From Terriglobia bacterium (lineage in GTDB: Bacteria > Acidobacteriota > Terriglobia > 20CM-2-55-15): 64,000 nt of DNA. The notes beneath the pieces were generated by a model. The model ran no database searches. It was not told where the DNA came from and saw only the letters and a list, made by a program, of their open reading frames with translations. The stretch covers positions 128,001 to 192,000 of the forward strand of contig CBDCLE010000005.1 of NCBI GenBank assembly GCA_965218585.1. Reading direction: 5' to 3'. This document shows, piece by piece, positions 19,938 through 29,674 of this stretch; position 1 is the stretch's first letter; the number at the start of each line of letters is the position of its first letter. The position numbers and the translations under genes were made by a program.

Positions 19938-20921
19938 TTAGAGTTTCATCGCGTCGCGAACTTCCGACATGGTCTCGTCGGCGGCTGAACGCGCACGACT
20001 GGCTCCAACGTCGAGGACCTCCAGGACTTCGGCCCTGTTTTCGTCGTAATGGACGCGCCGTTCGTAAATCGGCCCGAGCTTTTCCTGATGGCTCTCAAAC
20101 AGCCAACCCTTACATTCCACACAGCCTATTCCCGCGCTGCGACAACCTTGGTCCACGTCCTGGAGCTTTTTTTCATCGGAAAAGACCTTGTGGTAGTCGA
20201 ACACGGGACAGACTTCGGGATTTCCGGGATCCGTGCGCCTCTTGCGAGCCGGATCAGTCATCATCGTCAGCATCGATTTCTTTACGGTCTCGGGCGGGTC
20301 CCCGATAGCGATCGTGTTGCCGTAGCTCTTGCTCATTTTCCGCCCGTCGGTTCCGGGTAGTTTGGGCGTTTGGGCCAGCAGCGCTTTCGGCTCGGGGAAA
20401 ACCTTCGCATAAATTCGATTGAAGCGGCGAGCGATCTCCCGGGTCAATTCGACGTGAGCGACCTGGTCCTCCCCGACGGGAACGCCGATCGCCTTGTAGA
20501 TGAGGATGTCTGCGGACTGGAGCACGGGGTATCCAAGGAAACCGTAGGTATTGATATCGTGATCGATGTTTTCCTGTAACTCCTTGTAGGAGGGTACACG
20601 CTCCAGCCAGCCCAGAGGCGTGACCATCGAGAGCAGCAAGTGCAGTTCAGAATGTTCCAGGACGCTGGACTGCAGGAATATCGTCGATCTGTCCGGGTCC
20701 AGGCCGGCGGCCAGAAAGTCGATCGCAACCTGAATCGAGCTTTCCCGGAAGTTGTTGCCGCTGTCGAAGTCCGTGGTGAGTGCGTGCCAGTCTGCAACAA
20801 AACAGAAATTTTCGTACTCGTCCTGGAGGTGGACCCAATTTTCCAACGCACCTACGTAGTTGCCCAGGTGCAATCGGCCGGTTGGACGCATCCCGCTGAG
20901 TACGCGTTTCTTTACCACCAA
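19938..20921 (-). CDS. trpS: Tryptophan--tRNA ligase
   Basis: RPTGRLHLGNY (HIGH), VPVGEDQ, KMSKS. Confidence 0.97.
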   Translation of the reverse strand: MVVKKRVLSGMRPTGRLHLGNYVGALENWVHLQDEYENFCFVADWHALTTDFDSGNNFRESSIQVAIDFLAAGLDPDRSTIFLQSSVLEHSELHLLLSMVTPLGWLERVPSYKELQENIDHDINTYGFLGYPVLQSADILIYKAIGVPVGEDQVAHVELTREIARRFNRIYAKVFPEPKALLAQTPKLPGTDGRKMSKSYGNTIAIGDPPETVKKSMLTMMTDPARKRRTDPGNPEVCPVFDYHKVFSDEKKLQDVDQGCRSAGIGCVECKGWLFESHQEKLGPIYERRVHYDENRAEVLEVLDVGASRARSAADETMSEVRDAMKL

Positions 20922-20928
20922 TAAACCA

Positions 20929-21603
20929 CTAATAAACGAGGAAGGATTGCACCACCCCGATCACCGGATTGAACAGGTACCAGGGAATGCCGAGATACAG
21001 CAGTCCGATCAGAATCACAAAACCGTAGCTCTGTAGCATGTTAAAGCCGCGTGACAGTGACTCGGGGAGGAGACCACCGAGGACGGCGGCCCCATCGAGT
21101 GGCGCTACAGGGATCATGTTGAAGATGGCGAGGATCAAGTTGATCATCACGCCGAAGTAGGCCATGGAAACCAGCGCGGGGACCACTCCGTCGCCGGGGA
21201 CCCCTCGAACAACCTGATTTAGAATCAGTCCCATCGCAGGCGACGTCGACTTCATGAGCAGAAGCACACCCAGGAGTCCACTGGCCATCAGCAGATTGCT
21301 CACTGGGCCCGCCGCGGCAACCAGCATGTAGTCACGCCTCGGGTTGTTCAGGCGGGCGACGTTGACGGGAACGGGCTTCGCCCAGCCGAAGATGATCCCA
21401 CCGATCATGAAACCCATAAGCGGGAATAGAAATGTCCCGAAGAAATCAGCATGAACCAGCGGATTGAACGAGATCCGGCCCAGATGTCGAGCCGTGGGAT
21501 CGCCAAGTCGGTCCGCGCTCCACGCGTGTGCGGACTCGTGGATGCTGAGTGACACGAGCAGAACGATAAGTGACGATACCAGCGATACGAGGTCGATATT
21601 CAT
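20929..21603 (-). CDS. Site-2 protease family (M50) membrane metalloprotease
   Basis: HESAH (HExxH), GWAKPVP, AAGPVSN, FNMIPVAPLDG; start ATG 21603. Confidence 0.92.
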   Translation of the reverse strand: MNIDLVSLVSSLIVLLVSLSIHESAHAWSADRLGDPTARHLGRISFNPLVHADFFGTFLFPLMGFMIGGIIFGWAKPVPVNVARLNNPRRDYMLVAAAGPVSNLLMASGLLGVLLLMKSTSPAMGLILNQVVRGVPGDGVVPALVSMAYFGVMINLILAIFNMIPVAPLDGAAVLGGLLPESLSRGFNMLQSYGFVILIGLLYLGIPWYLFNPVIGVVQSFLVY

Positions 21604-21677
21604 CGGGATCAATGCTAGCACACAGGTTGGGAGAGATAAGGTCCGATCATCCGACTGCCTGCCGCCTCGACTTCGCC

Positions 21678-21707
21678 TTAATTCGGGGACAGTGAGCAAT
21701 TAATTCA
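21678..21707. repeat. Type C repeat, single arm plus a truncated restart
   Basis: TTAATTCGGGGACAGTGAGCAA followed by TTAATTC; identical to the left arm at 22010. Confidence 0.85.
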
Positions 21708-21799
21708 GGACTTGCAGCCCTCGCTCAAACGGTCATCCTGACCGAGCGAGGTTCGCCGCCCGAAGTCTCGGGACTGCGGGCCCTTTCTGTTCTTTTGAC

Positions 21800-22004
21800 G
21801 TAACGTTCTGGTTCCTTCAAAAGGGCTTGCGATTATCCGATGGCGTGGGGGGACCGGACCGGCGCTCGAGCTCCCGAGAACACATCGAATCGCGAAAAGG
21901 TCAGTGCGCTCTCCACGGGCTAGTCTATTGGGACGGTGGGCCCGACCTGCTTTCACATAGAAGACTCAGACAGGACGTCTGAAGAACGATCGAGCGAAAT
22001 CTTC
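21800..22004 (+). repeat. Type B repeat, degenerate interrupted copy
   Basis: Starts GTAACGTTC...AAAGGGCTTGCGAT and ends TCAGACAGGACGTCTGA...CGAGCGAAATCTTC, with about 130 nt of unrelated sequence inside. Confidence 0.7.
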
Positions 22005-22009
22005 GTCGC

Positions 22010-22098
22010 TTAATTCGGGGACAGTGAGCAAATTCGCGTCGTCGGGATTCCGCACGAAGTCGCGAGTATCCTGAAATTGCTCACTGTCCCCGAATTAA
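22010..22098. repeat. Palindromic repeat type C (REPIN/MITE-like)
   Basis: Perfect 22-bp inverted repeat TTAATTCGGGGACAGTGAGCAA / TTGCTCACTGTCCCCGAATTAA; the 45-nt spacer is itself partly self-complementary. Confidence 0.92.
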
Positions 22099-22108
22099 CA
22101 CCAACTGC

Positions 22109-22117
22109 TGCTATAAT
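22109..22117 (+). promoter_or_regulatory. Extended -10 promoter, probably giving a leaderless ccsA-hemACD transcript
   Basis: TGcTATAAT ending 6 nt before ATG 22124; no Shine-Dalgarno sequence. Confidence 0.6.
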
Positions 22118-22123
22118 TTGGCC

Positions 22124-22939
22124 ATGCACGTCGTGCTGCTGAGAGTCGCTTTGGCCTTCTATTCAGTGGGCTTACTGCATTCAGTCGTTTCGGTTCTCAG
22201 TAAAAAATACACCCTGTTTCGCGCAAGCCTCTACGCGGTTATGGCGGGCTTTGTCTGCCAGGCGGTCTCGATCATTCTGCGGGCCACTGAACTCAACTAC
22301 ATGCCATTGGGTCAGCGTTATGAGGCTTTCTCATTTTTCGCTGTCCTGGGTGCCATGGGATATCTCATCGCGTATGCCCGGTACAGAATCGCAACGCTGA
22401 GCATATTTGTGTTCCCACTGATTTTTATTCTGACGTTTATTGCGAACGTCGCCTACGACCCATCGAGTTCGATTCCTCCGGCAATCCAGAGCAATTGGAT
22501 TTATGTTCACACGCCTTTGATTTTCCTGGGATACGCAGCTCTGTTTATCTGTTTTGCAGGGTCGACGATGTACCTGATTCAGGAACGGGAACTGAAATTG
22601 AAGCATCATTCCCTCTTCTACTATCGGTTGCCTTCACTGGAAATTTGCGACGACCTTTCGTATCGTTCTCTGGCCATTGGGTTTCCCCTGATCACGCTCG
22701 GCCTGGTTTCCGGAGCCCTTTGGGCTCAATCGGCCTGGGGAACCGTGTGGGGGGGCGACCTGAAGATCCTGTTGTCTCTGTTTACGTGGCTCATCTATCT
22801 CCTGTTGATCCACTATCGGTTCATTGCGGGTTGGCGGGGGAAGCGGGCGGCTTATCTGGCAATTGCAGGGTTCGTCAGTGTGCTGGTGTCTTTTCTTGGG
22901 GCAAATTATTTCGGGGGACTTCATTCGTTCACACAGTGA
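22124..22939 (+). CDS. ccsA: Cytochrome c assembly protein (CcsA/HemX-like)
   Basis: Polytopic; WIYVH, QERELK, LPSLE, SGALWAQSAWG..W..D.K, GWRGKRAA, GLHSF. Confidence 0.85.
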   Translation: MHVVLLRVALAFYSVGLLHSVVSVLSKKYTLFRASLYAVMAGFVCQAVSIILRATELNYMPLGQRYEAFSFFAVLGAMGYLIAYARYRIATLSIFVFPLIFILTFIANVAYDPSSSIPPAIQSNWIYVHTPLIFLGYAALFICFAGSTMYLIQERELKLKHHSLFYYRLPSLEICDDLSYRSLAIGFPLITLGLVSGALWAQSAWGTVWGGDLKILLSLFTWLIYLLLIHYRFIAGWRGKRAAYLAIAGFVSVLVSFLGANYFGGLHSFTQ

Positions 22940-22975
22940 GCAGAGTGGTTCGGTGAACCCGGTCGGTTAAATCTT

Positions 22976-24232
22976 ATGCAACTGGCGCTAGTTGGGTTGA
23001 GTCACAAGACAGCTCCGGTGGAAATCCGGGAGCGACTCGCCTTCGAAAACGGAGACATGGGTGGCGCTCTTCGTTCCCTGGTGTCATGCGACGGAATCTC
23101 TGAAGCGATGATCCTATCGACCTGCAATCGGGTCGAGCTTCTCGTTGAAGCCTCGGATGAAGCCCAGGCTCGAGATTTCCTCTGTTCGTATCATCGCGTA
23201 GCATCGGATAGCATTGCCAACCATCTATACACCCTCCGGAACAACGACGTCATCCGCCATGTCTTCCGGGTTGCCTCGAGCCTCGACTCGATGATTATTG
23301 GTGAGCCCCAGATTCTCGGTCAGGTGAAAGAAGCCTACCGTCTTGCTGCCGACGCGGGCACCGTTGGAGTGAACATCGGCTCGGTGATGGATCGGGCTTT
23401 CCTTGTCGCAAAGAAGGTGCGGAGCGAAACCGGTATCGCCCAGTCGGCTGTTTCTGTAAGTTATGCCGCCGTCGAACTCGCCCGGAAGATCTTCGGGGGC
23501 CTCGAAGCCAAGAGTGTGATGATTATCGGTGCCAGTAAGATGGGGGAGCTCTCGGCCAAGCATCTCAAACGGGTCGGCGTGTCCAGGGTTCTGGTAACCA
23601 ATCGCACGTTTGAGCACGCCGTCGAGATGGCTCAGATCTTTGATGGTGCGGCGATTCCGTTTGAGCACCTTAATGACCATATCGACAGGGCCGATATCGT
23701 AATAAGTTCAACCGGCGCCCCGCATTTCGTTATCACCAAACCCCAGGCGGAGCACATCATGCGCGAGAGGAGGAACCGGCCGATGTTTTTTATCGACATC
23801 GCAGTTCCGCGCGACATCGATCCCGCTGTCAACGAAATCGACAACCTCTTCCTATACGACATCGATGACCTCCAGCAGGTGGTTGATGACAACATGAAGG
23901 AGAGGATGAGCGAAGCCGGACGCGCCGAAGAAATCGTCGACAGCGAAGTGGAAGCCTTTTACTCGAAGCTGCGATCGCGCGAAGTCGTTCCCACGATCGT
24001 CGAGCTCAGGGAAGCTCTGGAAAAACTCCGACGTGATGAGATAGAGCGGAACCGCAAGCAGCTGGGCCCGATGAACGCCGAGCAGCAGGAAGCTTTGGAA
24101 CGGATCACCCAGTCTATGATCAACAAGATCCTTCACCATCCGATCACACAACTCAAGGATATGGCCCACCATCCTGAAGGGCCTGAATACGTCAAGTTCG
24201 TCCGAAAGATATTCAATGTCAAAGACCAGTAG
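22976..24232 (+). CDS. hemA: Glutamyl-tRNA reductase
   Basis: GLSHKTAPVEIRE, LSTCNR, GEPQILGQVK, DIAVPRD. Confidence 0.97.
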   Translation: MQLALVGLSHKTAPVEIRERLAFENGDMGGALRSLVSCDGISEAMILSTCNRVELLVEASDEAQARDFLCSYHRVASDSIANHLYTLRNNDVIRHVFRVASSLDSMIIGEPQILGQVKEAYRLAADAGTVGVNIGSVMDRAFLVAKKVRSETGIAQSAVSVSYAAVELARKIFGGLEAKSVMIIGASKMGELSAKHLKRVGVSRVLVTNRTFEHAVEMAQIFDGAAIPFEHLNDHIDRADIVISSTGAPHFVITKPQAEHIMRERRNRPMFFIDIAVPRDIDPAVNEIDNLFLYDIDDLQQVVDDNMKERMSEAGRAEEIVDSEVEAFYSKLRSREVVPTIVELREALEKLRRDEIERNRKQLGPMNAEQQEALERITQSMINKILHHPITQLKDMAHHPEGPEYVKFVRKIFNVKDQ

Positions 24233-25154
24233 CGAGCTCAGGCTTGGTACGCGCGGTAGCGCGCTGGCATTGTGGCAGGCAAACTGGGCGCAGTCCGAGC
24301 TGGAACGCCGGGTTCGGGGCCTCAAGGTCGAAATTCTTCCTATTAAAACGACGGGCGATCGTATTCAGGATGTGCCGCTGGCCCAGGTCGGTGGAAAGGG
24401 TCTTTTTACCAAAGAACTCGACGAGGCCCTTCTCGACGGCCGGATCGATTTCGCTGTGCACAGCCTGAAGGACCTCCCGTTTCGGTTGCCGGAAGGAACC
24501 CTTCTTGCCGCGGTTACGAAACGGGAAGACCCCAGGGACGCGCTCGTGTCCAAAGGTGTGAGCCTCAAAGACATGCCCTCGGGGGCACGTGTGGGTACCG
24601 GCAGCCTTCGCCGTCAGGCGCAGCTGCGGCATCGGTTCCCCTCCCTCGATGTCGTCCCGATTCGGGGAAACGTCGACACGCGTTTGAAAAAACTCGATGC
24701 AGGCGATTATGAAGGGATCATCCTGGCCGCTGCAGGTCTGAAGCGACTTGGACACAAGAACCGCATCACAGAGTACCTCGGGTCCGAGGTCATGCTGTCA
24801 GCAGTCGGGCAGGGTGCGCTGGGAATTGTCTGCCGCAGCGAAGACACCCCCACCCGGGAGGCGCTCGAGGTTCTCGAAGACGCGGACACGCATCAAGCTG
24901 TCGTTGCCGAGAGGGCTCTTATGGCCAGCCTGGACGGGAGTTGCCAGGTGCCGATCGCGGGTCATGCCCGCATCGAAGGAGACGAGATTGTCTTAGACGG
25001 CCTGATCGCAAGCCTGGATGGTGAACAAGTGATCGCCGACTCGGCCCGCGGCCCCCGGTCCAATCCCTCCGACATAGGAGAGGACCTGGGACGTCGACTC
25101 CGGGCCGGGGGAGCAGACGCCGTCTTGGACGAGATCCGCCGGCATGGGGCTTGA
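24216..25154 (+). CDS. hemC: Hydroxymethylbilane synthase
   Basis: GTRGSALALWQ, GKGLFTKEL, VHSLKD, IRGNVDTRL, GSCQVPI. Confidence 0.97.
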   Translation: MSKTSSELRLGTRGSALALWQANWAQSELERRVRGLKVEILPIKTTGDRIQDVPLAQVGGKGLFTKELDEALLDGRIDFAVHSLKDLPFRLPEGTLLAAVTKREDPRDALVSKGVSLKDMPSGARVGTGSLRRQAQLRHRFPSLDVVPIRGNVDTRLKKLDAGDYEGIILAAAGLKRLGHKNRITEYLGSEVMLSAVGQGALGIVCRSEDTPTREALEVLEDADTHQAVVAERALMASLDGSCQVPIAGHARIEGDEIVLDGLIASLDGEQVIADSARGPRSNPSDIGEDLGRRLRAGGADAVLDEIRRHGA

Positions 25155-25905
25155 AGGCAAGACGGTTCTGGTGACCCGATCTCTTTCCCAGAGCCGGGAG
25201 CTTGGAAGCCTGCTTGAAGGGCTCGGGGCCAAAGTCGTCTCGATTCCAACGATAGCGATTGGCCCACCTGAAACCTGGGACCCCGTCGATTATGCGATCA
25301 AACGCATCGCTGATTTCGACTGGATAATCTTCACAAGCGCCAACTCTGTCGATGCTTTTCTCGACCGGGCGGGAAGCCTGTCCGGTTCGTCCGGTTTGAA
25401 GGTTGCTGCAGTGGGTAGCCAGACTGCCCGACGGCTCGAAGAGCGGGAACTGAAGGCTGACCTCGTTCCGGAGGACTTCCGCGCCGAAGGCCTCATCAAA
25501 CACTTTCCTGAAGATCTGACCCGCACCCGAATCTTACTGCCAAGAGCCGAGACCGGTACCGATTTGCTTCCGGACACGCTCACCGGCCGAGGCGCACAGG
25601 TGGATGTTGTCGCGGTCTACAGGAATGAGATGCCGACCACAGGCGGCGACGAACTGCGTGCTCTCCTCGCAGCCGGCACCATTGATTGCATCACGCTCAC
25701 CAGCGGCTCTACTGCAAAGAACCTGGTTCGAATGCTGGCCACTTCAGATAACGTGATCTCCCTCGAGGGGCCCGCCGTGGCAGTCATCGGGCCTGTGACC
25801 CGCCAGGCGGTGCTCCAACTGGGTCTTCATGTGGATATCGAACCCGAGATGGCCACAATTCCTGCTCTGGTAGACGCTATCCAACATTATTTCGAAACGA
25901 AATAA
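25144..25905 (+). CDS. hemD: Uroporphyrinogen-III synthase
   Basis: VLVTR, IFTSANSV, AVG..T, LTSGST, VIGPVT. Confidence 0.93.
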   Translation: MGLEGKTVLVTRSLSQSRELGSLLEGLGAKVVSIPTIAIGPPETWDPVDYAIKRIADFDWIIFTSANSVDAFLDRAGSLSGSSGLKVAAVGSQTARRLEERELKADLVPEDFRAEGLIKHFPEDLTRTRILLPRAETGTDLLPDTLTGRGAQVDVVAVYRNEMPTTGGDELRALLAAGTIDCITLTSGSTAKNLVRMLATSDNVISLEGPAVAVIGPVTRQAVLQLGLHVDIEPEMATIPALVDAIQHYFETK

Positions 25906-25981
25906 GAACGGTCATAATGTCGTCACCATGCTCGGATGTCGTTGAGAGTCGCGGTGACCGACACGCAGGTGGGAGATACAG

Positions 25982-26407
25982 ATGATTATCTATGGTGTTG
26001 CATTGTTGTCCGGTTGCCTCTTCCTTGGCATGCTGGCCGGAGAGGCTCTTGGAGTGTTGCTAGGAGTCAGCGCCAACGTTGGAGGTGTCGGCATAGCGAT
26101 GGTGCTGCTGGTACTGGCTTCGAACTCCAATCGCATGAAATCCCTCGTTGATGGAGCCTCGGGCAATGGGATCAAGTTCTGGGGCGCGATGTACATCCCC
26201 ATAGTCGTCGCTATGGCCGCAAGTCAGAACGTAGCGGGAGCCGCAGCCGGAGGCTTGATCGCATTGGTCGCGGGGAGCGCTGCAGTGGTTGTGAGTTTTG
26301 CACTGGTCCCCGTTCTCAGCCGATTGGGGTCGGGACGTAGCCCCGGCCACGACAAAGATCGAAAGGCTTCTCGGGACGATTCCGGTCCGGACACGGGGGC
26401 GGTGTAA
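25982..26407 (+). CDS. madL: Malonate transporter subunit MadL
   Basis: MIIYGVALL, ANVGGVGIAM, FWGAMYIPIVVAMAA.QNV. Confidence 0.92.
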   Translation: MIIYGVALLSGCLFLGMLAGEALGVLLGVSANVGGVGIAMVLLVLASNSNRMKSLVDGASGNGIKFWGAMYIPIVVAMAASQNVAGAAAGGLIALVAGSAAVVVSFALVPVLSRLGSGRSPGHDKDRKASRDDSGPDTGAV

Positions 26408-27165
26408 TGGACTTGCTGTTGAAAGTTGCCGAGAGAAACGATCTCGTCGTTGCTTTCGCCGTCGTGGGCGCTACCGTCTGGATTTCCTACTTCATAGCGG
26501 ACAAGCTCACTCGTGGCCGTATCCATGGTTCGGCCATAGCCATCGTGGCAGGTCTCGTCGCCGCCTACTGGGGTGGGAAACTGACCGGCGGTCAGGTCGG
26601 CGCGGCCAATCTTCCTTTTCTGACAGGCATCGGTATCATGGGCGGAGGCATGCTGCGGGACTTCGCCATCGTCGCCACTGCGTTCGGTGTCCACCTGAGT
26701 GAATTGAGGAAAGCGGGATTTGCCGGCGTGATCTCAATCTTTGCCGGTGTCGTGGTGTCGTTTGCCGTCGGTGCGATCGCGGCAGTTTCGTTTGGATACA
26801 CTGATGCCGTCAGCATCACAACCATCGGTGCGGGTGCGGTGACCTACATTGTGGGCCCTGTTACCGGTGACGCCATCGGAGCCAGCAACTCTATCATCGC
26901 GCTCAGCGTCGCTGCCGGACTCGTTAAGTCAATCCTGGTCATGATCGGAACGCCATTGGTCGCGCGTCACATCGGCCTGGACAACCCGCAATCCGCCATG
27001 GTCTTCGGGGGGTTGATGGGCACGACCAGTGGTGTCGCCGGTGGTCTGGCCGCAACCGATCCCAAACTGGTGCCCTACGGGGCGATGACGGCGACGTTCT
27101 ATACCGGCCTGGGTGCGTTGATGGCTCCATCAGTTCTGTTCCTGATCGTCAGAGCTCTCACCTGA
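26407..27165 (+). CDS. madM: Malonate transporter subunit MadM
   Basis: LTRGRIHGSAIAI, GG.MLRDFAIVATA, TYIVGPVTG, LVPYGAMTATFYTGLG. Confidence 0.93.
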   Translation: MDLLLKVAERNDLVVAFAVVGATVWISYFIADKLTRGRIHGSAIAIVAGLVAAYWGGKLTGGQVGAANLPFLTGIGIMGGGMLRDFAIVATAFGVHLSELRKAGFAGVISIFAGVVVSFAVGAIAAVSFGYTDAVSITTIGAGAVTYIVGPVTGDAIGASNSIIALSVAAGLVKSILVMIGTPLVARHIGLDNPQSAMVFGGLMGTTSGVAGGLAATDPKLVPYGAMTATFYTGLGALMAPSVLFLIVRALT

Positions 27166-27205
27166 TCGATGCCAAAGCATCAGAAACGAAAGCCACAGTG
27201 AAAAG

Positions 27206-28708
27206 GTGCCCATGACCGACGAACCGACTGACACTCACGACTTCTTTCCGAAATTGAAGGGCGGCAACCCTAATATTGCGCTGGTTTTCGAAGGGGGCAC
27301 GTGCACGTACGCCGATCTGGATCGACGTGTCAATCAGTTTGCCAGTGGTCTGTTAGGCGAAGAGGCGGATCTGGAGGAGCAGCGCGTTGCTTTCATCATG
27401 CCTGCAAGCCTGGGTTATGTGACCGTGCTGCTCGGCATCTGGAGGGCCGGGGGCATCGCGGTACCCTTGAACGTCGCCGCCGCCATCCCCGAGCTCGAGC
27501 ATGCACTATCGAGCGCAGGAGTCAGCCTTCTGATCGCCGCCGCCGAATATCGGGAAAAACTCGGAGGGCTCTCGGCTTCGCTCGGCATTCAGATGTCCGG
27601 AGTGGACGAACTCTTACGAGAAAAAACCAGACAGCTTCCAAGGGTCGGGCTCGATCGGCGAGCCATGATTCTGTTCACAAGCGGAACCACGAACAAGCCG
27701 AAGGGCGTAACGAGCACTCACAGGAACGTGCGTTCCCAGATCGCGACTCTTATCGAAGCGTGGGCGTGGGCCGAAGACGACACGATCCCCCTGTTTTTGC
27801 CGCTTCACCACATCCATGGAATTATCAACGTCCTCGGTTGCGGATTATGGTCCGGCGCTTCGGTTCATCTCTTTCCCAAGTTCGAACTGCAACGTGTTCT
27901 GGCTGATGTTGCCAACCGTACCTACTCGGTGTTCATGGCCGTGCCCACGATCTACGTCAAGATGATCCGACATTTTGAGACCCTTTCCGAACCAGAGCGG
28001 GCCGAAATCTGTGCCGGATTTGCCGACATGCGACTGAACGTTTCCGGGTCGGCTGCGTGTCCGGTCAATCTCTTCAACAGGTGGTTGGAGTTGACGAATC
28101 AGACCTTGCTCGAACGCTATGGAATGACTGAAATCGGCATGGGACTCTCCAATCCTTACGGGGGAGAACGCCGTGCAGGAGCCGTGGGTACACCGCTGCC
28201 TGGAGTCGAGGCGGCCCTGTTTGATGAAGCCAACAACCGAATCGCAGAAGAGAATGTTCCGGGTGAGATCAGAATAAAGGGGCCCAACGTTTTTCTCGAG
28301 TACTGGAACGATGCCGAAGCCACGGCGGGAAGCTTTCATGACGGCTGGTTCTGTACCGGCGACGTTGCGCTCGTCGAGGAGGGCTATTATCGGATCATGG
28401 GACGTTCGTCCGTCGATATCATTAAATCTGGTGGTTATAAGCTGTCCGCCCTGGAAATCGAAGGCGCCTTGCTCGACCATGACGCGATCACCGAATGCGC
28501 CGTCATAGGTGTCGTCGACGACACCTGGGGAGAAGCGGTCACTGCCTTTGTTGTCCTCGCACCGAACACAACTCTGAGTCTTGAAGCCTTGCAGTCCTGG
28601 TGTAAGGATCGAATGTCTCCCTACAAGATCCCCAAACACTTGAGGATCACCGATGCCCTCCCGCGAAACGCCATGGGCAAGGTTGCCAAACCTGCCCTCA
28701 GAGATTGA
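27206..28708 (+). CDS. Acyl-CoA synthetase, malonyl-CoA synthetase (MatB/ACSF3-like)
   Basis: FTSGTTNKPKG, LLERYGMTEIGM, TGD, DIIKSGGYKLSALEIE, PRNAMGKV; downstream of madLM. Confidence 0.82.
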   Translation: MPMTDEPTDTHDFFPKLKGGNPNIALVFEGGTCTYADLDRRVNQFASGLLGEEADLEEQRVAFIMPASLGYVTVLLGIWRAGGIAVPLNVAAAIPELEHALSSAGVSLLIAAAEYREKLGGLSASLGIQMSGVDELLREKTRQLPRVGLDRRAMILFTSGTTNKPKGVTSTHRNVRSQIATLIEAWAWAEDDTIPLFLPLHHIHGIINVLGCGLWSGASVHLFPKFELQRVLADVANRTYSVFMAVPTIYVKMIRHFETLSEPERAEICAGFADMRLNVSGSAACPVNLFNRWLELTNQTLLERYGMTEIGMGLSNPYGGERRAGAVGTPLPGVEAALFDEANNRIAEENVPGEIRIKGPNVFLEYWNDAEATAGSFHDGWFCTGDVALVEEGYYRIMGRSSVDIIKSGGYKLSALEIEGALLDHDAITECAVIGVVDDTWGEAVTAFVVLAPNTTLSLEALQSWCKDRMSPYKIPKHLRITDALPRNAMGKVAKPALRD

Positions 28709-28729
28709 CGGGCATAGCGCCGCAACGGC

Positions 28730-28835
28730 ACCGGGTTTCAGCGGCGATCTTCACGGGCATGTCTACGGGAGTCGCCGAGTAGCGGACCAGCGAAGAGGCG
28801 CGATCGGCCCGGCAGGCCTGCAGATAGAACTTCAT
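28730..28835 (-). pseudogene. Possible degraded AraC-family HTH fragment
   Basis: FYLQACRADRASSLVRYSATPV..KIAAET, then G after removing one C; resembles the AraC C-terminal YL...R...A..LL....PV..IA.E.G pattern. Confidence 0.35.
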
Positions 28836-28903
28836 ATCCTTCGAAGCGTCTGTTAGGGTGAGGCATCCCGGCCTGAAAGCAACTGGATCCGGGAAAGTGA
28901 ACG

Positions 28904-29661
28904 ATGCAGAAGCGAATCCACATTGCGTGCGGCGCGTTTCTATTGACACTTCTTGTAGCCTTCACACCGGGCCTGCCGGCCCAACCCCAGGACTCCTCGT
29001 CTGGAATTCCCGAGTTAAACGGCGTGTGAGTCGAGGCCAGTGTGTAGGCCCGAATAATCGTTGTACGGCCGTCGGGGCTGAACATCCGGCCCTGACGACC
29101 AGAGCGAAGGCTTTCCGAGACGCGATCGACGAGCTCGCGGTCCCAAAATACGATTGCTCTCCGACGCCACTCCCCCACCTGTTTACCGACCCGTACCTTT
29201 ATCAGATCGAGCAACTGGCCGACCGGGTCATTCTCACCTACGAAAAGGACGACGTGGTCCGCACGGTCTGGCTTGATGGCTATGACCACCCGCAGCCAAG
29301 GACTAACGAATTCTTTACGCACGGGTATTCAAGGGGGCGGTACGAGGGAAATCAGCTGGTCGTCGAAACGACCAAGTTCTCATTCGATCCGGCGGGAATC
29401 GATAATGATTTCAACCTGCCTTCTTCGACGCAGAAACGCGTCACGGAGCGTTACTCGTCTGACGGTGGTGGGCTCAGGCTCGAGGTGAGAACCGAGGATC
29501 CGGTCTTCCTGTTGGAGCCGCTGGGTTTTGTCATCGAATCGCAACCGGTTGATGAACCCCTGGCACTTCCGTGGGGTTGCGATCCCGAAGCCGCCCAGGA
29601 GATTCTGCAGGTGATCCCATCGAAGTACCCCGAAGACCCACCTGTAGTTCGCAGGAGGTAA
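28904..29661 (+). pseudogene. Secreted DUF6152-partner protein (copy 2) with a 1-nt frameshift near 29027
   Basis: ATG 28904 gives a signal peptide then PELNGV*; inserting one G gives PELNGVWSRGQC..., which joins the frame with RTVWLDG..HP, GYSRGRYEGNQLVVET. Confidence 0.8.
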
Positions 29662-29674
29662 GGGAGGTGGAGCC

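Noticed and set aside
21678-22098. CRISPR array from the repeated TTAATTCGGGGACAGTGAGCAA
   Set aside because: Only two direct copies about 330 bp apart plus one inverted copy; no regular spacers and no cas genes
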